Below are positions 1-13,321 of a DNA stretch of 45,924 nt, one piece after another (positions within the stretch are counted from its first letter, which is position 1; each line of letters opens with the position of its first letter). Where the stretch lies: positions 62,001 through 107,924 of the forward strand of contig MU271183.1 of assembly GCA_021432655.1 (NCBI GenBank), given 5' to 3'. Position numbers and translations under genes: made by a program. The DNA is from Atractiella rhizophila. Its lineage: Eukaryota. The notes beneath the pieces were generated by a model that saw nothing but the letters and a program-made list of their open reading frames with translations, ran no database searches and was not told where the DNA came from.

Positions 1-479
1 TTGGACAGCTCGATCTCAATAATATGAAGGTGGTGACTCCAAGTTTTGAGACGCCGAATCTCAAGCTCAGCGTACGTTCAATCCATCGTTTTGCTCCATA
101 ACGGACACACTGACATTTTGGTGAAAAGTGGTGGATCTTGATCGACCTTGAAGTACCTGGGATAGGGAATGATGAGAAGATCGAGGTGCCGATCGAACTT
201 TCCCCAAATGCCACGGTTCTTAGGATACCAAAGCATTACAATGATAATGCGTAGACACCACATTCAGTCTGTACATAAACGTAGCCAAGATAGCATCCAC
301 GTCTGTATATAGTATTTTAATTACACTTAATGCATAGCGACTGTGAAGACCCGAACTGAAATAGTGACGCTTCAACTAATCAAGCACTCACTTCCTACAT
401 GGTTTACAATGTGGATGAAATGGCCCGCATACACTCCAGCCTACGTCAACCGATCTACAACTAATACACATGACTGGCA

Positions 480-1801
480 TTATTCTGATTTCGCGCTGGT
501 CCGCCTTTCTTTTTCTTCTTTCAGCGTCGTCTTCTTCAGACCGCTGAGAAGTTCTGCGACATCCTCATCCTCAGATTCAGAATTACGAAACAGATTTTTC
601 TCATCAGATCCACTTGAACTCGACTCCTTCTTGACCTTGAGGCGTGAAGGAGCACCTGTTGGGGCACCAGCTTCATTCGAGCCTTCGGAGTCCGAGATCA
701 CAACAGCCTTCTTCCTTTGGCTAGGTTTGGGTAAAGGTGACAGATCCTCTTCTTTTATCACAGGCTTCCTTTCAGTCTCACTGTGGCTTTCCTTCCCAGA
801 TCCCGATTCAACTGCAGTTACTCTCTTCATATTGTTCTTGGAGGACGAGGACGAGGTAATCTCTTTCCTAGCTGCAAGCTTAGCCTGCCTTATCGCCTTA
901 TATTTTTCTAGAGCGATGGCTGTCTGCCCGCCCACCATGTATTAGCCCATAGAAGTGAAGGTAGGGAACATGAAGAAAGGGAGACATGACGTACTTTACT
1001 TGGCGCTTGAGTCGCCAAACGGCGAGAACGACGAGGTTGTGTCTCAGAAATAGCAGTTTTCGCAAACGACTAGGATACAATAGTCAGCTGTGCGCTTCAT
1101 GAAGGGTACAAAGGGGACCTTTGTTAAAGTGTCCAGATCTTCGTCCTCTTCACGTTTCACTTTCGATGTATCATCCTCCTTGAGGTTAGTTCCCTCAGCA
1201 ACCCAAACCAACAAAGAAGCCCGTGCACACCTCATCTTCGCTTGCTTCTTCCGCCTTATCCTTTCCCTTTTTCCCACGTTTAACCTTTGAAGACTTAGAT
1301 GTAGGAGAGGGTTTAACCTGTTCAGTTACTCGAGCTCAGCAATGGCAAATGTGACAACATGGAGGACACTCACCTCATCCTCTTCACTATCTCCGTCAGA
1401 TATTTGGTCTCTCTCTCGTCTGATCTTAGAGGACTTTGGACGGGTTTGCAACGCTTCCTACAGTGGGGCTGCTTTCAGAAACAAGATCTGATAACACGAA
1501 AGAAAGTAGAGACCTCGTCTTCGCTTGCTCCTTCCTCACTACCCTCAGTCTCAACCTCATCGTCAGGGACGATGAACCCTTTATCTTCTTCATCTTCTTC
1601 ATCTTCCTCACTCTCCTCCTCCTCCGAGCCCTCAGAGTCATCACTTTCACTACCACTCTCACGCTCCATACCCAGTTCCGAACTACGGTCGCTCAGCGAC
1701 TGTTTCTGTTGCATCTTAGGCCGAATATTCGCCCTCGAATCTGATGTATCTTCTTCTCGGCTAGCAGTGGAGTCCAGGTCTTTGCGGTTAGATGGGGCCA
1801 T
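480..1801 (-). CDS. Hypothetical acidic/Ser/Lys-rich low-complexity protein, about 6 exons
   Basis: ATG at 1801 (MAPSNRKDLDS...). Phase-0 GT-AG introns join the exons in frame: ...GASEDE|EALQTR...SEEDE|VKPSPT...EASEDE|EDDTSK...TLTK|SFAKT...APSK|TAIALEKY...SAKSE, stop at 480. No recognisable domain. Confidence 0.65.
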
Positions 1802-2147
1802 GATGATAACGCCGTGATCTCGATCTCGTGAATCAGGAAGGTGCTTGTGCTCACAATAATGGATGACTGTGTGCATGAACGGCGTAACCTTGTTTGCTTG
1901 CTTGAGAATACCCTAGCCTGACACATTCGGACACAGTCATGATCAACATCATGACAATATTCTTCAAGGTGCTACTAGTAACTTCGTTCGCCTGAACGGG
2001 ATTTCGGCACACCTGCCTCTTGTTTAACGTTCGTAGGCACCAAAAGTCACAATGTGCACGTAAAAACAGCTTTGCGAATCGAGGTCTAACCTCTCTCCTC
2101 ATCACTTCTTGTGTTTGTCTCTTGACGATATCTGTCACTCTTTCATT

Positions 2148-2886
2148 ATGGTCAACTTCTCCTTCCTGCCCGTTGTCGCCATTTTCCTTGCTTCCGCTCA
2201 GGCAGCTACGAAGAACCTCATCAAAGTCAGTCTTTTAAAGGCTTGCTGAAATGATGCTGACGGACATGGTGCGCAGGACCCTGGTTTCGAACTGAGGGAT
2301 GGCTCGTGGAAGCTCAGTCAGTCTCTTTCTCACCGTTCTCTCCACTCTCCAACCGTGGTAGATCAGGTGGTGGAGGCACTATCACAGTAATTGATGGCGA
2401 CGTGGACAATGGTTACTGGTTCTCCTCTTATTACAAGGTTTGTCTTCTCTTCCATCCGTACACCTGCTAGCATGCATGCTCAAGGAAACATAGGCGAACG
2501 CTACCTCTCCCAGCTACGCGAAACAAACTGTTTCAGGTCTCAAAGCGGGTGTGTTTTATCTCCTCTTCATCAAGACTGCGCTAAGCTATACGGTGGGGTC
2601 TCAAGGAACAAAGTACACGTTGACATTCTCTCTTGGTGTTCAGAACCCTGACCTCCCTCCTGAAGAGGAGGATGAGAGAACCCCGATCAGCGATATCAAG
2701 CCTAAAGCTAAGGTGAACTTCGGGACGTTCTCTGCGGATCTATCCAAGACGCTTGATTATGGGTTAGGTGGTTATACCTTCACCTTTGCGGCGGCAAAGA
2801 GTGAGATGCTGCTGCAGTTTAAAACGTGGACAGAGGGAGTAGGGTTCAATATCAACATCGATGATGTGAAGCTAGTGAAGAAGTGA
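2148..2886 (+). CDS. Small secreted protein with a CBM4/9-like (galactose-binding beta-sandwich) domain, 4 exons
   Basis: Signal peptide MVNFSFLPVVAIFLASAQA. The spliced sequence KNLIK|DPGFELRDGSW...QTVSGLKAGVFYLL...GYTFTFAA...INIDDVKLVK matches the NLIxNPGFE / QTVxGLxxG / IDDVxL pattern of CBM4/9-type domains. Confidence 0.7.
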
Positions 2887-3543
2887 ACACATGTGAGCAC
2901 TTGGATTCTATACTACTAATATCAACACGATCATTCTCTACCTTCTTGCATGCCCTGCACTGGCAGTTCTCCACTTTATATAAGCTCCATACAAAACGAT
3001 CGCAAGTGCCAGATGCAGGATTCATGAACTTGCACCTTAGAGGAAATTGTGAAATTTGTGGAGTTGGCGGTGAGTAGCAAGCTCAACGGTCCCCGTGTGC
3101 TTTCAATGCTTGGCCTTCTTTCTAGTTCCTGCGTTCACGCCTTGTTTACAGCGTTTAGTCCCAATGCAAGTGCACCATCGTCAACGAATCATCTCTCTGC
3201 ATTCTCATCGCCTGCACCAAAGCTCCACGTTATGCGTTATGATAACACAACGGCATTGCCTCCCATCCGTTGTTTCCGTTCAAAGAAGTGGAACGGATTG
3301 GTCTGAATGAGAAGTCTTCTTGGGAGGACGGCGAGAAGCAAGTGGATATTTGTAGGATATTTGTGGAGGTACGCATGCGAGTGAGTGATACCTTGAAGAG
3401 GCCAGCTCAGTTCGTACCACTCACTGGAGATTCATTTCGAATTTAAGCAAGATTATAAGGGTTCACTGAAGCAGAAGTGAAGGGCAAGAAGAGCGAATGA
3501 GGGGGATGACAAATTCACTAAGACTCGACGTATTCACATGCTC

Positions 3544-4190
3544 TCACGCGCGCTTTCCATGCCTCTTCCTCCTCACCATTTTCTTCGCGGCAGCCCTCTT
3601 CACCAACTCGTTCTTGAAGTCCTCCGCTGCCTTAGTATGACTGTCTTTGACAGTTCCAAGAACAGAATTTGTTGCCAGAGCAATAGCAGTGATGGTCGTA
3701 TCCTCAGAGTAGATAGAGGCGTTATCCGGATCACTTGGGTCGGGAGTGATGGTGTAGGTGGACTGGGTGTAGGTCAAGCCAAGAGCATCAGACAAAGTCT
3801 CGATGCCGTCAGTCCTTCAGAAACACAAGTAAATAGATAGCACAAGAAAAAAGAGAGAGAGAATGCACTTGTTTGTGAATTTTGCCGTGTAAAAGATTGG
3901 TGCGGCAAGGCTGCCAACGATAGGCAGATCGTCCTAACCTCATTGTTAGCAACGCGCCACCTCGAGGTAGAAAAGCTTACCTTGATAACAACAATTCCAT
4001 CATCCGTCTGACAGAGTGGAGTAGCGAGGGGGTTGAGAGAAATGAGATCGAAGGGGTTCTGAAGGAGTGCAAGACCATCGGCCGCTGGGAAAGGCAGGTT
4101 GACGGTGAGTTGGAACGGGGCAGAAGAGTAGAAAATGTTGTTGGTGGGAGGCGTGCCGAGGGCAGGGATGGGGACGGGGCAGGAAGACAT
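3544..4190 (-). CDS. Conserved fungal protein, DUF7053-like (probable SRPBCC-type fold), 3 exons
   Basis: Spliced sequence: ...LALLQNPFDLISLNPLA...VIK|DDLPIVGSLAAPIFYTAKFTNK|TDGIETLSDALGLTYTQSTYTI...; stop at 3544. The LIxLNPL and YxAxF..DGxxT..AxG motifs were recalled from this family. Confidence 0.55.
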
Positions 4191-5474
4191 AATGATAATA
4201 GGAAAGATAGTTAACGAGGGGAACGGCTTCTGTAGACTTTGTTAGCTGTGCTTCATAAATAGTCAGAGACGATGAGTTTGGGGCCATCAGGCAGAGGCAC
4301 TAAGTGCCTCTTCGGGTTATTTACATAAAATTCGCTTGGCTTTTTGGTTCTAGTTTGACAATGAGTTTGACAGATTCGTCTACGACAAATAGCCGCTCAA
4401 GCGCTTAAACGAGAAGGAGCGCGTGCGAGGAGACTGAGGATTAAATATTGAATGTCGGCGTAGGACGTAAACGTCATCTTTGTAACGCTGTCACTGCGAT
4501 CCACGCTCTTAAAAGGAGTAGGATGAGAAATAGCTTTCACAACACGAAGAACTCGAAAATCCGAAAGCTCAGCGATCATGCATGCTCATGGTTCTTGGAA
4601 ACCACTAGAGATATACCATGCAACAATTCGCGTCAGCTCTTTCATGAGCTCTCAAAAAGGGACAACACTTGCAGGAGTCAAAGCTCCCCAAGTCGCAGTA
4701 AATCAGGGTCGAATCGCTCACCTAGCCAGAGGAGAAATAGCGAAAGAACAACAGCTGCTACTCCCTCCTTCATACTTTATATTGCATTGCAAGGAATGGC
4801 ACAGGGCTCTGTCGTTGCGTTTGGGATCATCATAACTTCGAATTTCCTGAAGCTCCCGTGGAAGCATGCTCCACAAGTTGATTAGTTCCTGTTGGCATGC
4901 TCAAGTTGTTGTGGCTTGGTGAATCCTGGTGCCTTTCCTTGTTTCCTCACTCCTGTAAAATGCGGGAACACTAAAGTTTATTCTAATTCGCATGCCGCGT
5001 GACTCTTCGATCTTGGACGCGCCAAGACCATCCAAGACAAATTCCCATAATGTTCTCCAGCAAGCAACGAACCCAGAACACACCTGAGCTGGCAGGACGC
5101 AGGACAACCGTTCTGGAAAATAAGGAGGAAAGGAGCAGGCTTGCAGACTTACAAAGTTGTGCTTGAGAGCAGACCGCAGTAGACTGCGTCGCGCTGAGAG
5201 TCTAGAAGGTGAGCGTGTTCCAAAAAGTTCGAGCACGTCTGGGTGTCCGTGTGTTGTGCAGATGTGGTAGATATAGATTCTTCCGAAGATTCTGTCACTA
5301 CGAGGCCTGCTCTAGCCTGTACATGTTGGTTGACTTTGCAATTCCTGAGCTTGTGCCTTGCCAGTGAACAGCTGGTTCTCAAGCTCGCCACTTTCCACCT
5401 TTACTGTCCGTGTCACGGACGATATCTGAAACTATTCCAACAGCTTTCTTCGGCAGGCTCTGCAGCTCTGCGGC

Positions 5475-7633
5475 ATGGACCGAAATCGCATTGCGCACTT
5501 CATCCGCCGTCCTCTCAGCATCCTTCTCCTCCTTCCACTCGTTCCCACCCTCTTTGTCCTCCTTCGGCCTCCCTCCACGTCAGGACCTACCGTACCCCTC
5601 ACTTCGCCTGTATCCCTAAATTCCACCTTTCCACCTTGCCTCCCACCCGTTTGCTCCCCCATTTCTTCACCACAAGAGTCCCTCGTCACTTACCTCTCCT
5701 CTCGCTTTCCGCCTCCCTCGTCTCCTTCTTGGCCGCATCTATGGATCACGCTTGCTGACGAATACTGGATCGATAAAGGTGCTGCGAATTTGCACTATTT
5801 CGTCTATGAGCGTCTGAACGCTGAGTGGGAAAGGAGAACCGAGTTGGTAATGATGTGTATGGATGAGGTGTGCTTGAAGAAATGTGAGGAACGGGGTTGG
5901 TGGTGTTTTGGAGGTTGGATGGAAGGAAGACCGGAAATATTGCTCAAGTACACATATCCTAAGCTCATGAGCATGATACAGATCTTGGAGAGCGGGAGAG
6001 TGCGTTATTTCTTTCCTTTCTTTCCGAGATACTCATGTGGATTGATACAAGTAGGACGTATTTTTCGTTGATTCGGATGTGTATTTTGTCGAGTTAGTTT
6101 GTCCGCTCGTCCTGCTCCTTCATAAGACATCCCTAACAACCCATTTAGGAATCCTGTGAGCTTACTCGCCTAGTCTAACGTAATGCTTAAGCTTGTGCAG
6201 TATCCTCACATGGGGGATCTTGGAAAATATGATCTGGTGAGCCCTTGACTTGGTCACGATTTCTTGTTGTTGACTGTCAATATCAGCAAATCCAAGAAGA
6301 GATGATCAACCGCGTTCGCCCTCCCGCCTAAACGTGCCATCGTTATTCTGACATATATCTATCGCAGCAAATCAACACTGGTTGGATGTACACTCAAGCG
6401 AACGAGAAGACAATATCGATATGGAGGTCGATTCTGGACTTGGACATGCATGAAGTGGTCAGTCTGTTCTTATGGCATTAATTACAAAAATTCAAGTTGA
6501 AGGCAGTCTCGTGACCAAGTAAACATGAATAACCTCCTCAAGTCATATGTACATAGGGAACAACCATCGGGAGGAACATTTCGAGACTTCACAAGCGAGA
6601 CAGGACTCAATGTCAGAGTATTGCCGAAGGAAAAGTTCCGTGCATACCATTTTTGGTGGAATTTGCCCCAGTCCGCTTTTCCTCTTACCTGCACCGTCAA
6701 AAATATTGAGCGAGGAATAGATGGGATGCTTCTGAACTGTCATACTTGCACATGACATGCGCGGATCAAAACGTGCGGTTTTCACCACCAAACAAGATAG
6801 TCGTCCTGACCAAAAGTTGTAGTGGATGAAAGACTACGTTTCCGCTTCCCTCGGATATTATCAAGATATCTTCTCGCGCTATTCCTCTCCGCCGAGCATT
6901 CTCACCGTCACCCACCTAACTGGCACACATTCCCATTTAGTTCAACAAATGCGTGTCCTCCTCTCCCTCGCTCACTACACAGGACGCGCCTTCGTCCCTC
7001 CCTTGTACGCCACGCTCACCGGCCTCCCAAGGGGAGCAACGACTACCCTAAACTCGTGGAACGTATTCCCGTTGGATCGCCTAGGCGATTGGTTAGGCAT
7101 GGATCTGAGAGAAGCTGATTATGAGCAGCATGCGAGGCGACGACTGCTGGAGCTAGGGGAAGAGGGGATGGAAGGACTGAAGAAGCTGAATGACGTCGTT
7201 GATTTGGACGTGAGAGGTTTTACTGGGTTTGGCCATGCAGTGACGGCGCTCAGGAGTGAAGGGGAGAAGGGAAGTTGGAGGGAGGAAGGATGGGCTATGG
7301 AGGACGCTTACGCGAATAACGGGATCATTGGAGGGGAACGAGGACTCAAAGGAAGAGGGATCATAAGACTGAATGGATGGGAGATATGGAGCGACTGGCG
7401 GAAGTGGAAAGTTCCCAAACGTGCTGAGAGGTATGTCACCTCGTTTTCCTTAGAGTAACACTTGTACTAAACGACTGTGTAGATTTATAGATCTTTGTGC
7501 AGACGTAGACGAGGGACCGGATTGTGGACGCTTATGTCGCGACAACGCTTTGATCATCGATCGAATACAGTCTGGAGATGCTCTAGCAGAACGATGGCAA
7601 TGGGAAGAGCTAGAGGAGGTATCACGGTGGTGA
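5475..7633 (+). CDS. Nucleotide-diphospho-sugar transferase (GT77-like, type II membrane) with a C-terminal O-fucosyltransferase-like domain
   Basis: N-terminal TM segment (PLSILLLLPLVPTLFVLL) and Pro-rich stem. Spliced GT-A motifs: K..S..QILESGR|DVFFVDSDVYFVENPYP, INTGWMY, RDQVNMNNLL. The C-terminal part has QMRVLLSLAHYTGRAFVPP. Includes a 7-nt micro-exon at 6149-6155; stop TGA at 7633. Confidence 0.75.
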
Positions 7634-7993
7634 TCACTTGCATTCCGTTAGAGATGATATCTACATTTGTACGCAGTCTCTCTCCCGATGTATTCTCGGT
7701 CACTAATTTATGAGCAAGGAGCATTACTGTACATACAACATAGTTAATACTGGTGCAACTGTTCACAGGAGATGATTTTCCGTCATGTGAAAGGATGTGG
7801 TGGACAATTTCCATTATAAGCCGCGCTGAGTACCATTTTGTTTATAAAAACTGACGAACTTGTACCAAATGCCAGGAGGATATCGTTATTTTTTTTACAT
7901 CCTATGGCGTTACATTTGTGTATTGTTACAACTGTCATTCATTTGCCATTCTTTAATACATATTCCGTTCCCGAGCTTTTGCACCCTTTTGTT

Positions 7994-9489
7994 TCAGAGA
8001 ACACGCCTGACAAGTTCTCCAATTTCTCTCGCGCTGGGCAGCTTCTCGCCAAGGCCATCATCGCTCCATCCGCCGTCACAACCCAACAAGTTTCTAGAGA
8101 CCTTAATACCGAGCTCCCTACAATCTTCCTCCTTCACGCCATAGCTTCCCGCTTTACTCTCTAGTCCCAACTCAGTCACCAAAAGCTGCACGGCATCCGC
8201 GAGCGCATAAGCCTTCTCCTCCTCCTTCTCCCCAGTTTCCTTCCTGTACTTCTCCGGCAAGCGGTCGTGCGCTCGGGCGAGGAATTTGATGACGTTTGGC
8301 GACAAGGAGTTGGAGGAGAGCAGCAATTTGATGGTTGGTGCAAGGGTCAAACAGGACGTTATCCCGTGCGGGATGGAGTATGTCGCTCCTAGAGCGTGTC
8401 CGAGGGAATGGGAGAGGCCTAAGACGTGAGGAACGACGTTTGTTCCCAGACTTTTTTCCAAATCGATCAGTGAGTGGGTGAATCAGTCGATCGTGAGAAC
8501 GGTAAGGGAGGAGACTCACGACATCCAAGCTCCTACGAAGGCTTCTTGACGAGCAGGCAGAGAGGAAGGATCCTTCTTGCAGGCGGGAAGAGCGGTAAAG
8601 AGGACTTCAAGAGCATCGATCGCTGCATATCTCGCTGGAACTGAAGCCCGTGGGCGATAGAGAGTCTCGACAGCATGGTCCACCGCTCTATTCCATTGAA
8701 AATGTGACTCAGTCCTCCAACGAAAATGAGCTAGGGAGGAAGACAAACCGGATTCCAGAGCTGAGCCAAAGCCTCTCTGGAGTATGAAGACTGACATGAG
8801 GGTCGTAGATTATCACCTTAGGAGCCATGCGAGGGTCTCCTGCACCGGCTTTGTGTCCTTCTGTGTTGGTGTAGCCCGCCGTCCTATTCCAATAGCACGC
8901 AATCAGTTATTCATATCCGGTTAGCAAAGCAGGTTGGCACACATCGTGAGTTCGGCCGCACTCAATGTCGTCGGAATGGCTACAGACGGGATAAACGCGC
9001 CGCCATTCTGTGCATTAAAGTATCCCACCAACTATGAAAGTAAATGACTGTTAGATCTGGGGAAAGAGAGTAGACGGATGGGAGACGCACCTTAGCAGCA
9101 TCGATGGGTGAGCCTCCTCCTAAACTAATTATTACCTCCACTCCCTTCTCCTTCGCAGTCGCCGCTGCCTCTTCGACTCCTTTAATCGGTGCATGTTCTC
9201 CAATATCCGTATAAGTTGCAATAACACTGTTTCCCAGCAATTTCTTGACCACAAGTTTCGATCAGTCAACTTGTCACAGCAACGGATGGTGGTTGAGACG
9301 AACTTGGATATCCTTCAACAATGGTGTTTTCGTAGCTATACTCTTGCCTGTGATGATGAGGGATTTGGGGAGCTTTCCATTGGAATCAGGGAAGAGAGAC
9401 TTGAGGATGGTCGGGAGCTCCTTCAGCTTTCCTTCCCCGTAATGGATCGCGGAGAGGGGTGTGGGTGTGTAAGTACCTCGAGTAGCCAT
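7994..9489 (-). CDS. Iron-containing alcohol dehydrogenase family protein (maleylacetate reductase-like)
   Basis: IHYGEG, LIITGKS, GGGSPIDAAK, PTTLSAAE, RAVDHAVETLY and GLSHSLGHALGATYSIPHGITS, which carries the metal-binding His residues. Confidence 0.9.
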
Positions 9490-10137
9490 TCCAGGACGGA
9501 AAATCTTAGCCAAGAACTCAGTGATTTTTCGCTCGACAGGTTTGTGAAGAACTGGATTTAGTGAATCAGAATGGTATGCTGACAACACTCTTTTATGGGC
9601 GATTAGGCTGGCGGGCTCGGATCAATCGATCATGCCTGTCCCGAGTGGTCCAGCTCACAACCGCGAGCCTACTCGCCTATTACTTTATGTGTGAGTACTC
9701 ACGCTGATAAGTGACCTCATTAACTACGAAGAAGAGTAAGCCTTCCAAGAAAGTCATAGACATCACATCTGGTTTCACGGTCGTGCATTCAAGTCACGTT
9801 TTCATAAAGTGCGCTTTCCGACCGCTGCGAAGCTGCGAGAAGCCTTGAACAACGACGAGTAAGAAAATCTGGGGAGTTGAAAGCTGTAGTCTGTTCTACG
9901 GCTCTGTCACTGGTGATATCGTTTTCCCGAGCTTGTAAGTGTTTGTTGTGTAGTTTCGGAAGTTTGGGGACGTGGATGTTGGAGGTGCCGAAAGCGAAAG
10001 GAGGCACTACACTCAAGCTGCCCGGGAAGGATAAAAACGGGGGCTTAACGAGTATTATTCCCTTCCGTGTCTTTCTGTCAAGAAGGCTCATAAAACGACG
10101 TGACTGACGCCACGGTGTCTTTGCAGGAACAAGTAAA

Positions 10138-11040
10138 ATGACCCGTCCCTCTTCCTCATCCATCTCCCGCCTCAATTCTCCTCATCTCCTCGAAGTGCCT
10201 CTCCAGGACTCGACGCGAAATCGAGGACGCAGTTCTTCGCTGTTGTCTGTCAAGGAGATACAAGACAATGATGATGGATTTGTGGACGAAGGAGCGATGA
10301 GCAACTACAACGCAGACTGGGTGAATTACAAGGGTACGTCTTTCCGACCAACAGACTCTAGGAGAGTTTGTTGATCGATTGCCGAATTTCCAGGCGCATG
10401 GATCCTCCATCTCCTCCTCCTCGCCCTCGCCAAGCTCATCCTCGACTCGCTCCCCTTCCTCTCCCAAAACCTCTCCTGGACCATCCTCAACATCGGCTAC
10501 AACCTCGTAACCTACATCATCTTCCACCACACCCTCGGAGTCCCCCTCGAATCCCAAACCTCAAACTATTCCGGAGTCTACGACCGTCTCACCCTCTGGG
10601 AACAAATCGACGAAGGCGACCAATACACGCCCTCGAAGAAATGGCTCAGCATCCTCCCCATAGCCCTCATGCTCTGCGCTAGCCATTACATCAAGGAAGA
10701 CAGCGGCACCTTATTCGCTCTCAACTTCATCGCTCTCCTGGTCCTCGGACTCATACCCAAGTTGCCCGTGGTCCACAGGATGAGGTTGAGGTGGGAAGGG
10801 TTTGGAGGGACGAAGGAGAGGCCGATCGGGTTCGAGATGAGCGGTCCGCCGGTACGTCTCCTTCACGCCTTTTTGCCTTGTCTTCTTTGGATACCGTTTG
10901 TCTGATGCTTGCTGGTGGTGGGATAGACCCCGATCGAGATGCAAATGAAAGGCATCCATCGCCCCCCTAGCACGGATGAGACGGAGGAATACGTGAATGT
11001 GGATGCCCCAGCGGAGGGAGGAGGAGGGAAGGAGTCATAG
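10138..11040 (+). CDS. ORM1: ORM1/ORMDL sphingolipid homeostasis protein
   Basis: RGRSSS phospho-motif, NYNADWVNYKG|AWILH, FHHTLGVP, YDRLTLWEQIDEGDQYTPSKKWL and IPKLPVVHRMRL. 3 exons, TAG at 11040. Confidence 0.93.
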
Positions 11041-11259
11041 ATTCCTTTCTCTTGCTTTTAGTGCCCATGCCCATGTTAAGTGGCTTGAGATATAGTGTTC
11101 CTAGAGCAGTGTAATGGACCTACTAATTCAAACCTTTCGTACATTGTCATCAAGCTTAAGTTCTTGTTGTTCAAGGAGAGGAGAGGTTTGGCAGTGATCA
11201 AAATCCCAAAATGCGCGCGTTGCAAGATGCAGGGTATATTTTGAAGCATGAAACAAAAA

Positions 11260-13219
11260 TCACCAATCCTCCCACTTATCCTCCTCCTTCTTCGCCGTTC
11301 CCACCGAAGGAGTCGGGACCGTCGCCCCCCTCTTAACCGCCCCCAGCCTCATACCCTTCCCCTTAGCAGACGCAGACGCAGGCGTAGGCGCCTCCTTCGC
11401 AGGCGGATCGTCGAACCCAAACTCCTTCCACTCGTTCGCGTTCTCCACCGGCCGCGCCGACTGACTGGTGGGCGACAGTTGGTCCGCGAAGAAGTCGTCG
11501 TTGCCTTGGTGCGAATAGCGCGTCGAGGGTTCGCGCGAGGAGTCGTCAAAGCCTTGATCGACGGTGGAATAGCCGTGCGTTTCGGGACGGCGGTCGACGT
11601 AGCCTGCCCCGACTGGAGGAACATGTCAGGTTTGGGAGTTCGGGAGGAGGAATCGGGACGAAAACAGATAACATGTGGAGGGAAGGGATGGGTGGGAGAG
11701 GGACGCACGTTCGCCAACATCGTACCCCGTCTCCCTCTTGATCATCTTTCCTCCTTGTCTCAATCCGTCGCCTAAATACGACCCTCCTTTCTGCAAGGTC
11801 TCCCCAGCGCTATGCAAGTAGTCCCAGCCCTGTTTATGGAGTTCAGGATCCTGTGCCATTCGCATGCCGGGCTGTACAACGCTCCTGCATCCATCCATAT
11901 GTCCCTTCAGTAATTGTCTCACCAACATATAGGGAAGGTTATAGCATGGTTAGAACGGGGACAGACTCATTGACCACCTTCGCAGCCTGGCCAAAAGCGC
12001 TGCTCAGAAATCCCCATCCCTTGCTCACCGCCTTTGCCGGATCATCTCTCAAATCATCCAAGGTAGGCAGAGCCCTCGAGCTCGTCGCCTCCGCGACCGA
12101 ATTCGAGGGAGTATACGACGTATTCCCGAACCCTCCATACTTTCCTCCCTGCGAAGGCGGCAGGTTGTCAGGCCTAGAAGCGTTCGCGGCACCGAGGGAA
12201 GCGAAGTAGTTCTCGTTCCTCTCTTTTTGTGACCCTCCCATCCCGAAATCTGAATTCGAGGTGGGGTTTGGAGAGGCGGAGCGGGACCCGATGGGTGATG
12301 GAGTGCTGTTTCCTCGCAATGAAGAACCGAGGCGTCCACCGGGCTTGCGTAGGGAGGAACTACCTATGCCCGTCGGTGTGGACGGTGTGGAAGGTCTCGA
12401 ACCGTTTGATGGCGATGGAGGAGGCACTTGGCTGGGATCCCAGGGACGGTTGGCGATGGTGGCCGCGAGCTTGGATTTGTAGAGGGTGGCGAATTGTGCG
12501 GTGTACTTTTGAGGGATCGGAAGGGTGGAGGAGTAGTCTGGAGACTAGTAGTTTCGTGATGTGAAATGAGAAAGAGGACAGTGGAAGAGAAGGGTAGGGA
12601 CGAACGGTTTCGAAGAATTCTCGGCACTGTCAAGACGACATCGAAGTCGAAGACGAAGATATGAGTTTGACGAATCATGGAAGGGAGGTGGTTGACGCAC
12701 TGCTGCGTTTCCTCCCATCTTCATATATTTCAACTGCTCCTCCGTCCATTTGTCCTGTTCACCATCCCATCAGTCAGATATTGCAGGAGACGAAGAGGGA
12801 GAAGGTACGGACCATGGTGATGGACCGAACAAAGGTGATGTGAACACCCAAGCCTCGATGTTGACCGGAGCAAGAGAGGCAGATAAACGTCCCGAAACTG
12901 TGGTTCTTATCAACTTTCCATTTCCCATTCCCAAACTACGAAAGAGGACTAACCTAAGCGAAGCCCACTTCATCACCCGTTGTCTTGTCAGCTTTCTTTC
13001 ACTGTTTTATTGCAAGGAACAGGAGGGAAGGAGAGGCAGGGGAGAAGGACCTGAGGCATGGGCGAGGAACAATCCATACACGTCTTATTCCTGTAACGAT
13101 ATGTGCATTAGCTCCTCATGCCACCTCGCATGTGCTAGACACTTGAAGAAGTAGGGATCAACGAACCCAGGCTGTTTCATGAGCTCCAAGAGGAGCGCTT
13201 TCGTCTCTGGATCCGCCAT
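11260..13219 (-). CDS. GCS1: ADP-ribosylation factor GTPase-activating protein (Gcs1/ArfGAP1)
   Basis: Spliced ArfGAP zinc finger NKTCMDCSSPMPQWAS...FGTFICLSCSGQHRGLGVHITFVRSITM and MKMGGN. Also NENYFASLGAANASRPDNLPPSQGGKYGGFG and C-terminal EEDKWEDW. Confidence 0.93.
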
Positions 13220-13321
13220 TTCTTGTCTCTGTTCTTTCTATGTCTGCCTGTTCCTTCTACCTAAGAAATATTAACCGCGGAATGGTCGTTAAGCACAAAG
13301 CAAAAGATACCAAAGTGAAAG

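Noticed and set aside
78..263. Minus-strand ORF MLWYPKNRGIWGKFDRH... at the window edge
   Set aside because: It may be an exon of a gene continuing off-window, but there is no recognisable motif and too little sequence to support a call.
343..945. 200-aa plus-strand ORF, and similar long antisense ORFs over AFG2, POP3 and the Dicers
   Set aside because: These are shadow ORFs opposite real coding exons, often low-complexity ones.
4300..5470. Several 60-145 aa ORFs between the DUF7053-like and GT77 genes
   Set aside because: No motifs or coherent splice structure; treated as intergenic.
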